A stretch of DNA of 64,000 nt from Promethearchaeota archaeon Loki_b32 (GCA_005223125.1 NJBH01000010.1:50220-114219); one strand, 5' to 3'; positions 1 through 10,641 are shown, counted from the stretch's first letter. Notes: generated by a model from the letters alone, not told the origin. Program-made: numbers and translations.

Positions 1-116
1 GTCAAATGTGGGAAACGCTCATCTAATTCTTCCCTATTATACGATAACGTTAGTCCTTCATTGTCCTCAACTTTAATTTTATTTTTAGGTTTTCTTTTTT
101 TTTCTTCATCTCCCAT
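1..116 (-). CDS. DUF2095-like archaeal protein, N-terminus (truncated by window edge)
   Basis: Hand-translated MGDEEKKRKPKNKIKVEDNEGLTLSYNREELDERFPHL; AGGAG SD upstream; 'E..FPHL' resembles DUF2095. Confidence 0.55.
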   Translation of the reverse strand, partial: MGDEEKKRKPKNKIKVEDNEGLTLSYNREELDERFPHL

Positions 117-412
117 GGATTTAATAACTCCTATAAGATGATTCATACAATCTATTTAATTAACGTTTATATATTCTAAGTCCGTTTTAGCCATATTATA
201 TATAATATATAAGTTAAATAATTATTTAATTTTTAAAAATTTAAAAGATTTTTATGAAGGGTTTTGCTTTAAATTAACATAGGGTAAGTTGAGTAAAGCT
301 TTTTTAAAAAATTAATAATTTGTTAACATATTCTTTTTAATAAATGATATTCTTTAAGTAAATTTAGGACTTATATTTATTATAATATCTAGATTTGATA
401 AATTAAAGGAGA

Positions 413-1144
413 GTGTTAATCTTGCTTAAGAAAAAGACATTCATACATCGAAATATTCCCTATTCTTTTAACTGGAATAAGATGCACCATAAAGAAAAAT
501 ACTCTCAATTAACTGTTAATAGAGAAGAATTAAATAGTCTTAAAGAACATTTTAAAAAAGTTTACGAAGGATTAATCCCTAATAATCTATTTAATTCAAG
601 AGATTTTCCTAGGGTATCTCAATTTAAAATCAAGGGTATTAAATCTGCTTTTATTAGAAGTTTTAGCAAAAATTTACTCAGATCTGGTAAAGTTCAATAT
701 CACAATTCTAATTCAAAACTACCTAAGTATGCTCAAAAAGTATTTGATATTTATCGAAAAAATAATTTTATGGGTATCCCTGGACATGATCCGATTTTAA
801 AAAATATTTTAATTAAAGATAAAGATGCTATTGCGATAGAAGTACCGATTTGGAGTGAAAAAGAGAATAAAGAAATTACAGGTCATATTGATTTGATTCA
901 AATTGAGAATGATTCTGTTAAAGTGATTGATTATAAACCTGAAGGTAATTTTTTGCTTTCTCTCCCTCAAGTTGCCATGTATGGGGTTTTAGTTAAATCT
1001 AAATTGAATTTAAATAAAGTTAAATGTATTTCATTTAACAAACAGGGTGCTTGGGAATATGATCCAACAATATTAAAAATGGATATAAAAGATTATTTGA
1101 TCTCCCATCAAATTGATGAACGTCCATGGGAATTATTTATTTAA
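413..1144 (+). CDS. PD-(D/E)XK (RecB/Cas4-like) nuclease
   Basis: Motifs EVPI, GHID, IDYK, Q..MY; no Cas4 Fe-S cysteines; AAGGAGA SD before GTG. Confidence 0.75.
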   Translation: MLILLKKKTFIHRNIPYSFNWNKMHHKEKYSQLTVNREELNSLKEHFKKVYEGLIPNNLFNSRDFPRVSQFKIKGIKSAFIRSFSKNLLRSGKVQYHNSNSKLPKYAQKVFDIYRKNNFMGIPGHDPILKNILIKDKDAIAIEVPIWSEKENKEITGHIDLIQIENDSVKVIDYKPEGNFLLSLPQVAMYGVLVKSKLNLNKVKCISFNKQGAWEYDPTILKMDIKDYLISHQIDERPWELFI

Positions 1145-1156
1145 ATTTATCAATAT

Positions 1157-1432
1157 TTAGAATTTTTTACCTTTAGGCTTAGATATTTCGGTTTTCTCCT
1201 CTGTTTTTAAATATCCCCTCAATAGGAAATAAACTAAAAGTAAAGAGATAATTTCAGTAATAACACCAAAAAAAGTAATTGTTGTTCCATTAAATCCTAA
1301 ATATCTTAACAATAAAGCACACCCCAAACCGGCAGATGCTAAAAATACAATAATAATTCCCTTAATAATTTCAAAAAAAGAGTCTTTTAAATACGCAAGT
1401 TCATTTTTAATCCATGAAAATATTACGACCAT
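1157..1432 (-). CDS. Small two-TM membrane protein
   Basis: Two hydrophobic helices, basic tail. Confidence 0.6.
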   Translation of the reverse strand: MVVIFSWIKNELAYLKDSFFEIIKGIIIVFLASAGLGCALLLRYLGFNGTTITFFGVITEIISLLLVYFLLRGYLKTEEKTEISKPKGKKF

Positions 1433-1588
1433 GAGAATCTACTTGTTCTATCTATTCTATGAATAAATTAAAGAAAGAATATTTTAATATCTTTCTGATT
1501 TCTAAAAGAAAAGTTAAAAATAATGAGTTCAAAACAATGACTACAGATTTTATCTGGAAACAAATACTTTAAAAAAAAGAATTTACTA

Positions 1589-3988
1589 CTAAATGGATTT
1601 CTGTTTACTTTTGAATTTTGTATATAATGCTTTATCTAATAAACGACCAATTTTAATAGCAATTTGATTTCCAATTTCATACCTTTCTCCATCGATTAAA
1701 TTTCTTTTTTGTTCAGCAGTGGGAATTTTTCCCAGTCTCTTCATCAAAGTTTTTTCAATAATATTATTTACAATCTCCATAATTTTCTCGTTATCTGGTA
1801 ATTTAATCTCTGAAGTGAAATTCCTAATTTTTTCCATAGCAAAATTAAAAAATTGGCTGATCAATTCAACTGGATCTCCTCTTAATTCACTATGAAGTTT
1901 TATATTATCAGTAGCTATTTTTGTATCTTTTTCTTGCCAATACAACTGATTTGGATTAATCCCTGGACTATTTATTCTCATTAGGGAACTTGTGATTCTG
2001 CGTTCAATCCAATTTAAAGTACTTAATTCTTGTTCCTCACGGAGTTTTTTAGCTTTTTCTTCTTTTTCTTTCTCTTTAGACTCAATGATGCGTTCTACTT
2101 CTGATTTCCGGATTTCTTCAAACTTTTCAAATCGTTTAATTATATCATATCCTATACAATATGAAATTGGAGATATTAAATCAGATTTCAACTTTAATTG
2201 AGCAATATCTTCATATATTGGACTAGGTTTGTTTTTTAATTCAGAACTTGCTTCTTTTAAAGATATTTCCATGAGTCGTGCTAAAATGAATCCATTAACT
2301 AAAAAGGGTTGGTTATTTGCGTTAAATACAGTAACTAATTCTTCTTGTCTTCTAATTAAACGTTTTATAATCAATTCTTCGAGTTTAATTTTAATCCAAT
2401 CTTCTGAATCAGTAGTTCCATCTATTTTCTTTAATGCTAATAAATATAAAGATCTATCATTAGAAACCTTAAGATATAATTCTATTATCCTACTTAGTTG
2501 TCTCAATATCTTTGATAAAATATAAAAGAAAATATCTTTTGCTAATTCATTTATAATCTCGTCAAACTCTAAAATAAATAATAATTGAGAATAATTTTTT
2601 AATTTTAATTCATCTAAAAAGACTTTATCAATGGCTTGTTTTTTTCTAATGTATTGCCTTAGATTATTTATAGTTATTCCTGTTTTCTCTTCCAAAATTC
2701 TTGGTAAATTCGGATATTTATCAATGTCTTGATTTATAAGGTTTAATAGGCCAAATTCAGAGGTTGCGTTTGATTCATCAACAATATCTCTAAGATCTTG
2801 AAAATTTAACTGAGATAATGCTTTTTTTGCTACAAATATTAAATTCTTTTTATTGTCATTTAAAGATACAATATCGAGTTTCTTAATATTATATCTTACC
2901 ATATTTCTTTTCACTTTTTCTGCAAGATCTTCATCCACATTAAAGAAATGTAAAATATTATACACTCCATATTTTTGTAATGTGTAGATTATATCATCAA
3001 AACCACATTCATTTATACATTGTAAAAAATAGATGAAATCATTTGGATTTTTTTTTAATTTTTTAATTAATACGAATTTTAAAAAGTTTAAAATTTTTAA
3101 TTCGAATTGATCATAATCTATTTTTTCTTTTAGACCATCTTCAATTTTTTTTATTAAGTCTTTTTTTAGGTTATTCGCCTCTATAAATGTATTCAAACCG
3201 GGGATAGATATCGGAAATCGGTCTAAATTGAAATCTAGTACCTTTCTTTTTATCATTCTTACTGGCATTGCTTCAATTTGTAATTCTTTATATGATTTAA
3301 ATTCAAAATCAGTTTGTGTTTTATTGATTAATCGATCTAAAGTTGCTAATTCGATGAATTTATCTTCTTTTTCCTCTAATTCTAATTTCTTCTCTAATTC
3401 AACAGAGATGTCCTTAAAAGCAGCAGTTTCTTCTAATATTTCCTTTTTTATTTTATTACTTAGACCTATCAAATCACCTATTAAATCATAAAAGTAGAAT
3501 GGGGGATAATTCCTTATGATTTCTTGTAACTCTTGTTCAATTTGAACCTCAATGTCTTTAATCATTTGTTCTTTTTGAATCTCTTGGGTTTTTTCATTTC
3601 TTACTTCAATTAAAAAAGATATAAATTTATTCTCTAAATCAATTATCTTATTGAGAAGATTAACTTCTAAATTTAAAGAGTTTTTTAATATTGAGTTAAC
3701 CTCCTCAATTAGGATCTTTTTTTCTGCAATCTCTAAATTTTTAGTGGAATCGAAAGTAAATTTATCCATATCTAAGAGTTTCTGAACTCGAATTCCTAAA
3801 CTGTGATAGATATGAATAGTAGCGGTAGCTATTAACAAATCATTAAAGTTAGTTTTCTGACTAATAAGTTCAAAGATTTTATTTTTATCAGCTTCCCTTT
3901 TAAAATGAGAAATTATTAAATCAACAGTCTGAAAAAATCTAAACGTACTTTCAACTGCTGTTGTTTTTCTTTTTACTCCACTAATCAT
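1589..3988 (-). CDS. Large alpha-helical/coiled-coil hypothetical protein
   Basis: 799-aa ORF; start overlaps upstream gene stop (ATGA); GGGTGAG SD. Confidence 0.75.
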   Translation of the reverse strand: MISGVKRKTTAVESTFRFFQTVDLIISHFKREADKNKIFELISQKTNFNDLLIATATIHIYHSLGIRVQKLLDMDKFTFDSTKNLEIAEKKILIEEVNSILKNSLNLEVNLLNKIIDLENKFISFLIEVRNEKTQEIQKEQMIKDIEVQIEQELQEIIRNYPPFYFYDLIGDLIGLSNKIKKEILEETAAFKDISVELEKKLELEEKEDKFIELATLDRLINKTQTDFEFKSYKELQIEAMPVRMIKRKVLDFNLDRFPISIPGLNTFIEANNLKKDLIKKIEDGLKEKIDYDQFELKILNFLKFVLIKKLKKNPNDFIYFLQCINECGFDDIIYTLQKYGVYNILHFFNVDEDLAEKVKRNMVRYNIKKLDIVSLNDNKKNLIFVAKKALSQLNFQDLRDIVDESNATSEFGLLNLINQDIDKYPNLPRILEEKTGITINNLRQYIRKKQAIDKVFLDELKLKNYSQLLFILEFDEIINELAKDIFFYILSKILRQLSRIIELYLKVSNDRSLYLLALKKIDGTTDSEDWIKIKLEELIIKRLIRRQEELVTVFNANNQPFLVNGFILARLMEISLKEASSELKNKPSPIYEDIAQLKLKSDLISPISYCIGYDIIKRFEKFEEIRKSEVERIIESKEKEKEEKAKKLREEQELSTLNWIERRITSSLMRINSPGINPNQLYWQEKDTKIATDNIKLHSELRGDPVELISQFFNFAMEKIRNFTSEIKLPDNEKIMEIVNNIIEKTLMKRLGKIPTAEQKRNLIDGERYEIGNQIAIKIGRLLDKALYTKFKSKQKSI

Positions 3989-6291
3989 AAATCACTCACC
4001 CATTCTCTATATACTTCTTTAAAATTATTTGATATTTCGAATCTAGCATTATTATGCCAAAATTTAAAATCTATTATGTGAAATAAATCACCCTTAAACT
4101 GTTCTTTTTCTTCATTTGTTAAAATATGCTTTAGTGTTACTGTTAAAGGTCTTGGAATTAATTTTGAAAAATATTTTTGTTCAGTATTTTTAACATAATC
4201 ATAAAATGTCTCAGCCCCATCTAGATTAAAATAATTGAAAGGAAGAGTATTCTCTAATTGTGGATTTAAATTATCTAATTCACTTTTAACATTTATTTTA
4301 ACGTACTTCGGAAATTCGGTATTGATATCAATACTTAGTTCAAATTTTTTATAGAATTCAAATAACAAGTTTTTTTCTTCAGAATCAGTTATTTTTGCTA
4401 TATATACATTCAAAAATTTTAGGAAATTTTCAATTTTTTGTTCATTTAATTCTCTCTCTTCAAAATATCCAATAAAATCATTGTAGACTTCTGTCAATGT
4501 CCATTTTCTTTGTTCTTCCGGTTTTAGATATTTCTTAGAATAATCTTTAATCCAATCAAGAATATAAAATTTCCATTCAAGATTTATACCTCCAATTCTC
4601 TTTTCTAAAAATCTATGAAATCTATTTGAAAAAGTCACAGGATCACTGATTTCTTTATCAGGTTCCTCCTTAATATAGCGATTTATTGTAGAGTGCCTTA
4701 AAACATAGCTTATTAAATAATTTAATTCTCTTGAAAATTTCTTAAATTTATCTATATGAATATTTATTTTATTTATGCTTGTTTCCATCTGGATCTCGGT
4801 AAAAGATACTAAATCATCTATCTTTAATTCAATATCATCAAAGAAAGTATCAATATTTTCATTAATTAAGAAATAAAATTCTTTAATTATCTCTTTTTCA
4901 TTAAATATAAGATTTTTTTCAAGAAGAATTGAATGTGTTTCAATTTGGTTGAAAAGAGATTCTTTAAATTCACTTATTAATTTCTGTCCTAATATTTTTG
5001 CTGGTTTTTGTTCTAAGTTAAATTTTGCATATAAATTATTCATTAATTTTATAGTTAGAGATTTCAATCGACGATAAGAAAGATATTTTGGCAGTGATAT
5101 TTTAACTAAATTAAGACTTTTAGTGATAATTTCTGAAAAATAACTAAAAATAGAACTCAATTCTATAATTCGTAAACTTTCTTTTTGAGTTATTGTTTGT
5201 TCGATAAATCTTTTTGCTATATTACATATATTTTCGAAATCTTCGTTTTCTAATTTTCCTTTACTCAAAATAAAATGAATGTATTTAGTTAGTAATTCGT
5301 TTAAATCCCCCATTTCTCCTGTACTCAGAAAAGCTCTAGAATATTCCAAAAATTTATTTAAATATCCTTGTAAATTAATTATCAATTTATTTACATTAGA
5401 AATTAGCCATTCTGCTGTATGAGCATCACTATATTCATTTATTTTATTGTTAATATTATTAATAATAAAAATTATTATTTCATCTTGGGATTCATCTAAA
5501 GTACCTGTGTTTGCTAAATTGATGAGATTAGTTCCTAAATTTAAAGTTTTATCTACGATAAAATTCGCACTTGGTTCTGATATTGAATACTTAAGATGTT
5601 CAATAGCTTGTTGCCCGCTAAATGGTGTTTTAATCTTTTGAAACTTAGGTTTTGAAAAAATAATCTCCATAGGTTTTTTATACCATAAAATCTCAACATT
5701 AGAGATGACTTTTGCATATGTATTCAACATATCCTTTTCTGTAGGGAGAGTTCTGCTTAAACCAATCAACTTTTTATTCCATTTGTCTTCAATTAGTTCT
5801 CCATAGAGTTTTTTACTAAATCTAGAAGCATATTTGTTATATACTAATTGCTTTTCCTCATTTTTTAATTCTGGTCGATCAGAAAATTCTTCTACCTCAA
5901 AAAATAATTTACTTATGTTATTAAGTGATTCTCTAGATTTATGAATGTCTAATACTCCTGTTTCTGGTTTTAAAGCAAGTAATAAACTTTCACAATCTTT
6001 AAATTTGCCTGGAATAAAAATCATTGATTGAGGGTATATGTTAATTCGAGCACTTTTTTCATCTATATTATATAGTTCAAACTCAATACTAAACAACTCT
6101 GCTCCCGTGTAATCCCGTAATATTGCATTATACATGGTCAAGAATTTAATCACTTCTTGGGCAAGTTCATTTACTCTTTTTCTTGTTAACCTTCCTGGAC
6201 CAATTACATCTCCAGCAATAACATCATTAGGAGACGAATATCCGAATATTATTGAAAATTGGTAACTTATTGATTCGCGTGTTGTTATCAT
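3985..6291 (-). CDS. Large hypothetical protein
   Basis: 768-aa ORF, translationally coupled to 1589..3988. Confidence 0.75.
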   Translation of the reverse strand: MITTRESISYQFSIIFGYSSPNDVIAGDVIGPGRLTRKRVNELAQEVIKFLTMYNAILRDYTGAELFSIEFELYNIDEKSARINIYPQSMIFIPGKFKDCESLLLALKPETGVLDIHKSRESLNNISKLFFEVEEFSDRPELKNEEKQLVYNKYASRFSKKLYGELIEDKWNKKLIGLSRTLPTEKDMLNTYAKVISNVEILWYKKPMEIIFSKPKFQKIKTPFSGQQAIEHLKYSISEPSANFIVDKTLNLGTNLINLANTGTLDESQDEIIIFIINNINNKINEYSDAHTAEWLISNVNKLIINLQGYLNKFLEYSRAFLSTGEMGDLNELLTKYIHFILSKGKLENEDFENICNIAKRFIEQTITQKESLRIIELSSIFSYFSEIITKSLNLVKISLPKYLSYRRLKSLTIKLMNNLYAKFNLEQKPAKILGQKLISEFKESLFNQIETHSILLEKNLIFNEKEIIKEFYFLINENIDTFFDDIELKIDDLVSFTEIQMETSINKINIHIDKFKKFSRELNYLISYVLRHSTINRYIKEEPDKEISDPVTFSNRFHRFLEKRIGGINLEWKFYILDWIKDYSKKYLKPEEQRKWTLTEVYNDFIGYFEERELNEQKIENFLKFLNVYIAKITDSEEKNLLFEFYKKFELSIDINTEFPKYVKINVKSELDNLNPQLENTLPFNYFNLDGAETFYDYVKNTEQKYFSKLIPRPLTVTLKHILTNEEKEQFKGDLFHIIDFKFWHNNARFEISNNFKEVYREWVSDL

Positions 6292-6713
6292 ATTCTAGTT
6301 TCATTAACCATATGTAATTCCTAAATTAATAAATAATTGGTTTTAAATATTTAACCCAACTTTAAAAAAATTAAATGGTTGATTTAAATATTTTTAAGTT
6401 TATAAAGTATTAAAATTTACTTTTGAATTGTATATAAAGTCCTCGTATAAAAATATTATAGTAGGAATGAGATAATTGAAAAAAAAGCTATTTAACAACA
6501 TAATTTTTTTAGATTATGCAAAACTTGAAGTCTGAGAGATATTAAGAATAGAATTTACCGCAAATTTCAAATTTAAGTGAATTTATAAACCTTGATTATT
6601 AATTTCATATTATCAAGAAAGTTCATGTTTTAAAAATAAAAATATAATAAGAAAAAAATTATTATATTTATAATAATAAATATAAAAGCTAAAAGCACTT
6701 AAGGTGTAAGCTT

Positions 6714-7118
6714 ATTCAATTCGGGTCTGATTTAGGAATCAATCAAGAGGATATCGAGAAGATAAGTCCTCAAATTACATTTATTACCTCTAACGCAGAT
6801 ATTGAAGCGATTGCGCTTGTAAGTTTTGAAGGATATCAAATTGCTTTCTCTGCTTTACCACAATATCATGTTGATGGGGACCAATTTTGCGGGCTTGCTA
6901 GCGCATTATTAATGACAGGTAGATCTACAATTCAAACTGTATTTCAAGAAGATCTAAGTGAAATAATAGTAAGAGCTGAAAATGGATATATTATTATTAC
7001 AAATGCGGGAAGGTTAGTAATTGTTTGTGCTGGGACTATAATTGATACCCTAATGAAGACTGTAAAAGTTATGAGAATAGCGGCGAAAAACCTCTATAAA
7101 ATTTTTGAAAGCCGTTAA
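6714..7118 (+). CDS. Roadblock/LC7 (MglB-like) protein; proposed ATT start
   Basis: Frame open from 6693; upstream of ATG6912 reads IEAIALVSFEGYQIAFSA..DGDQFCGLASALL, the roadblock N-half; AAGGTG SD at 6701-6706. Confidence 0.75.
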   Translation: MQFGSDLGINQEDIEKISPQITFITSNADIEAIALVSFEGYQIAFSALPQYHVDGDQFCGLASALLMTGRSTIQTVFQEDLSEIIVRAENGYIIITNAGRLVIVCAGTIIDTLMKTVKVMRIAAKNLYKIFESR

Positions 7119-7281
7119 ATTTAATTATTCATTTTAGTTCCTTTAAAATTCTTGTCTAAGTTTAATTCTAAAGAAAAAATTTTGAATATTCAAACTATTT
7201 TTACCAAATAACAATAGATTTTTATTTATTAATGTATGTATAATTGAAATAAAATAAAGAATTAGTTATTTTTTTGTTATA

Positions 7282-7332
7282 ATGGCAACTGTAAAAAATA
7301 TCACTTGGCAGTGGCCTTGGCGTTGGCAATAG
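7282..7332 (+). CDS. Trp-rich leader peptide MATVKNITWQWPWRWQ (trpL-like)
   Basis: ATG..TAG with four TGG among codons 9-15, 150 nt upstream of trpB2. Confidence 0.8.
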   Translation: MATVKNITWQWPWRWQ

Positions 7333-7388
7333 AGCCAATTGCAATGGAGTTTACTTAAATTTATTTTTTCATTTTAATATTTTTTCTT
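7308..7388 (+). promoter_or_regulatory. Putative attenuator: alternative stems plus U-rich tract
   Basis: TTGGC(7323-27)/GCCAA(7334-38) hairpin competes with GCAGTGGC(7308-15)/GCCAATTGC(7334-42); T-rich tract 7360-7388. Confidence 0.5.
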
Positions 7389-7482
7389 TAAATATTAAAA
7401 CCTCTTTCTAAATGAGCATTAATCATATTGGTCTCCAATATTTTAATGATACACATCTTAAGATGTGAAAAAATGATTAAAA

Positions 7483-8898
7483 ATGGGAACCAAAATGATG
7501 GATTATTATAACGGTAGAATTTTATTACAACCAAATGAAATTCCAAAAGAGTGGGTGAATATTTTACCAGATTTACCCTCATCTATGACGCCCTTGATAA
7601 ACCCAATGGATGGGAAGCCAGTTCCACCAGAAATGGCATTCGCTATATTTCCTAAAGAATGTGTTTTACAGGAAGTTTCGCAAGAACCTACTATTCCTAT
7701 TCCTAATGAATTAAGGGAATTTTTTGCTAAAACTTATCGACCAAGTCCACTCCACCGTGCTTTGGGATTAGAAAAAGACTTAGGATTAGAAGGAGATAAA
7801 ATAAAGATTTTTTATAAAAATGAATCTGTATCTCCAACTGGATCACACAAACCAAATACGGCAATAACCCAAGCATTTTATGCGAAAAAGGAAGGAACGG
7901 AAGAATTAGTCACCGAGACGGGAGCAGGGCAATGGGGTTCCGGATTGGCATATGGATGCAATTTATACGAACTTAAATGCACTGTATATATGGTAAGAGC
8001 GAGTTTTATCCAAAAACCAGGAAGAAAAATTCTTATGAGAATTTATAATGCTGAAGTACATGCAAGTCCTTCTAAATTTACTGAATCTGGAAGAAAATTT
8101 TTAGAAGAGGATCCAGAGCATGATGGAAGTTTAGGTATTGCTATATCTGAAGCATTAGAACATAGTATGCGAAGTGATAAAATTAAATACTCTCTTGGAA
8201 GTGTAGTCAATTTTGTTCTTCTACATCAAACTATTATAGGACAAGAAGCAAAAATGCAACTAGCGAAAATAGGTATTGAAAAGCCCGATATTGTAATTGG
8301 ATGCATGGGAGGAGGATCTAATTTTTCAGGTTTAATGATTCCATTTGTAAAAGATAAAATCAATGGCGTTCATCCAGATATAGAAATAATCGGTGCAGAA
8401 CCCCGTGCTTGTCCAAGTATTTGTAAGGGAGAATATAGATGGGATTATGGAGATACAGCTATGAAAGGCCCTATTGTAAAGATGCATACATTAGGACATA
8501 CCTTTATACCAACTCCAATCCATGCAGGAGGATTAAGATATCACGGAATGGCACCAATAGTCTCAATATTATACAACAATAAATTAATTAAAGCAACAAT
8601 GCATCATCAAACAGAAGTTATAAGAGCGGGAATTAAATTTACTCATACTGAAGGAATAATTCCCGCCCCAGAATCTGCTCATGCTATAAAAGAAGCAATT
8701 GATCAAGCTTTAAAAGCTAAAGAAAATAATGAAAAGAAAGTCATTCTATTCAATCTCAGTGGTCATGGCTTTTTTGATTTATTAGCTTATAAAGAATATA
8801 TGACTGGAAATCTTGTGGATTATGAATTGCCTACTGAAGAAATTCAGAAAGCCTTAGCTTCTATTGAGATGCCAAAAATCGACGATACTCAATTTTAA
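7483..8898 (+). CDS. trpB2: Tryptophan synthase beta chain, type 2
   Basis: SPTGSHKPNTA (PLP lysine), TETGAGQWG, GGGSNF, HAGGLRYHG, PAPESAHA, FNLSGHG. Confidence 0.95.
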   Translation: MGTKMMDYYNGRILLQPNEIPKEWVNILPDLPSSMTPLINPMDGKPVPPEMAFAIFPKECVLQEVSQEPTIPIPNELREFFAKTYRPSPLHRALGLEKDLGLEGDKIKIFYKNESVSPTGSHKPNTAITQAFYAKKEGTEELVTETGAGQWGSGLAYGCNLYELKCTVYMVRASFIQKPGRKILMRIYNAEVHASPSKFTESGRKFLEEDPEHDGSLGIAISEALEHSMRSDKIKYSLGSVVNFVLLHQTIIGQEAKMQLAKIGIEKPDIVIGCMGGGSNFSGLMIPFVKDKINGVHPDIEIIGAEPRACPSICKGEYRWDYGDTAMKGPIVKMHTLGHTFIPTPIHAGGLRYHGMAPIVSILYNNKLIKATMHHQTEVIRAGIKFTHTEGIIPAPESAHAIKEAIDQALKAKENNEKKVILFNLSGHGFFDLLAYKEYMTGNLVDYELPTEEIQKALASIEMPKIDDTQF

Positions 8899-9005
8899 AT
8901 TAAATTTTACTTCGCTTTTTTTTTTAATAAACATTACCAATCAACGAGAAAATCTTAAAATCAAAGAATCTTTTAAATAGTAAAACCTCTTGAGATTGGC
9001 TGTTA

Positions 9006-10076
9006 TTGAACGTTCTTTCAATACTAATTTTGAGTATTTTATATTCTTATGGAATTATACTTCTTTATATAACCTATTTGGCGAGAAAGAAACGAGAAAT
9101 GGGTGCATTTACCAATAATTTAGCTAATGCTATAATTCTAATAATTTCAATTACAATTAATGTTATTTTGATTACAGTTTTTAATCTTTCAGACGAAGAG
9201 TTCATAATTTTTCCTTTCAATGCTTTAATGATTGGATTTGTTATAGTTTTTTTTCCTTTGTTTTTTCTTTTTGTTAGACGTGAGAATATAAAAATAAAAA
9301 AACACATAGAGAACTCAAATAAGACTGAAATTCAATCGTTAAAAGAATTACCTCTTAAATATGATATTTATAGAAAATTAACTCATTTAGTGGCGCTAGG
9401 AGTAATTTTCTTCTATTTTACTCTTGGATTTTTAATCCAAAATGTATTTGTGGATCTACTAGAATTTATTCCAGGATTCATTTCCAGAATATTTCAAATT
9501 GGAGGTGATATTATGATCTTTACTCAAAATTTAGTTGTATTTTTAGTTGGAATTTCATTAATTGGATTATTAACAGCGGATATTGTAAGAATATTAGCAC
9601 CAAAGATATATCCTTTGAAGCAAGTCAATCAAATACTACGAGAAAAAGAATTACATTTAAGGTTAGGACCTCATATTTCTATGGGGATTGGATGTTTTTC
9701 AATCATTTTGCTATATGGTTTAATTCAACCGATAGGGCCTGTATTAATTTGTACTTCGATGGCAATGTCTATTTTTGGAGATACATCGTCTAATTTAGTC
9801 GGTAGGATGATAGGGCGTAGAAAAATTAGGAAAATAAACAAAACTTATGAGGGATTAGTTGCTGGCATTATTGTCTCCTTTTTCTCTGGAATCTCAGTAT
9901 TATATCTACTAAGAAATTTTTATAGTTTCAATATTTTAGGATTGTTATTAATTCCTTTTATAGGAGCAATGATTATTGGTTTATTGGATTATATAGACTT
10001 AGAGATTGATGACAATCTATCTTTTAACTTCTGTTTGTCAACAATATTCTTTACTATTTCGGTTTCATTTTTTTGA
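9006..10076 (+). CDS. CTP-dependent polyprenol (dolichol/phytol/DAG) kinase family membrane protein
   Basis: RKLTH, LREKE, GD..S..VG..G, KTYEG, IDDN motifs. Confidence 0.8.
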   Translation: MNVLSILILSILYSYGIILLYITYLARKKREMGAFTNNLANAIILIISITINVILITVFNLSDEEFIIFPFNALMIGFVIVFFPLFFLFVRRENIKIKKHIENSNKTEIQSLKELPLKYDIYRKLTHLVALGVIFFYFTLGFLIQNVFVDLLEFIPGFISRIFQIGGDIMIFTQNLVVFLVGISLIGLLTADIVRILAPKIYPLKQVNQILREKELHLRLGPHISMGIGCFSIILLYGLIQPIGPVLICTSMAMSIFGDTSSNLVGRMIGRRKIRKINKTYEGLVAGIIVSFFSGISVLYLLRNFYSFNILGLLLIPFIGAMIIGLLDYIDLEIDDNLSFNFCLSTIFFTISVSFF

Positions 10077-10131
10077 ATAAGTTGTATTTATATGACTATC
10101 ATAACTTTTTTCAATCAAGATAATTTCTTTA

Positions 10132-10641
10132 ATGAAGATGTTAGAAGAAAAATTAAAAATTGATAAAATATCCAAAGGATCCGTTATTGACCATATAGAT
10201 GCGGGATATGCTTTAACTATTCTAAATCTTACAGGGATAGATGAATCTAAAAATTTAATGACAATTGGAGTTAACGTTTCGTCAAAAAAATATACAACAA
10301 AAGATATAATAAAAATTGAAAATGTTTTTCTAAACGAAACTCAAATGCAGCAAATATCTATACTTTCTCCTAATGCTACTATTTCTTTAATTGAAAATTA
10401 TAAAGTTATTGAAAAGAAAAAAGTGAAACTTCCACAGATAATTAAAAAATTAATTTTATGCATTAATCAGACATGCATTTCAAATTCGGATGAACCAATT
10501 GATACTGAATTTTTAGTATTAGAAGAAAAACCCTTGAAAATACAGTGTGTTTATTGTGAACGTATATATAAGTTAGAAGAAATAGTTTTTACCTCAAAAG
10601 AAAAGAAAGAGAAAAAAGTAATACAAAGAATTAATCTATAA
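10132..10641 (+). CDS. pyrI: Aspartate carbamoyltransferase regulatory chain
   Basis: GSVIDHIDAG, KDIIKIE, C.N..CISN, CVYCER. Confidence 0.95.
   Translation: MKMLEEKLKIDKISKGSVIDHIDAGYALTILNLTGIDESKNLMTIGVNVSSKKYTTKDIIKIENVFLNETQMQQISILSPNATISLIENYKVIEKKKVKLPQIIKKLILCINQTCISNSDEPIDTEFLVLEEKPLKIQCVYCERIYKLEEIVFTSKEKKEKKVIQRINL

Noticed and set aside
1992-5641. Short antisense ORFs here and throughout the track (e.g. 9074, 11390, 14982, 27042, 35971, 45336)
   Set aside because: Shadows of well-supported genes on the opposite strand, with no motifs
6476-6580. Short TTG ORF with an in-frame TGA as a possible selenoprotein
   Set aside because: No redox motif, no recognisable homology, no SECIS seen
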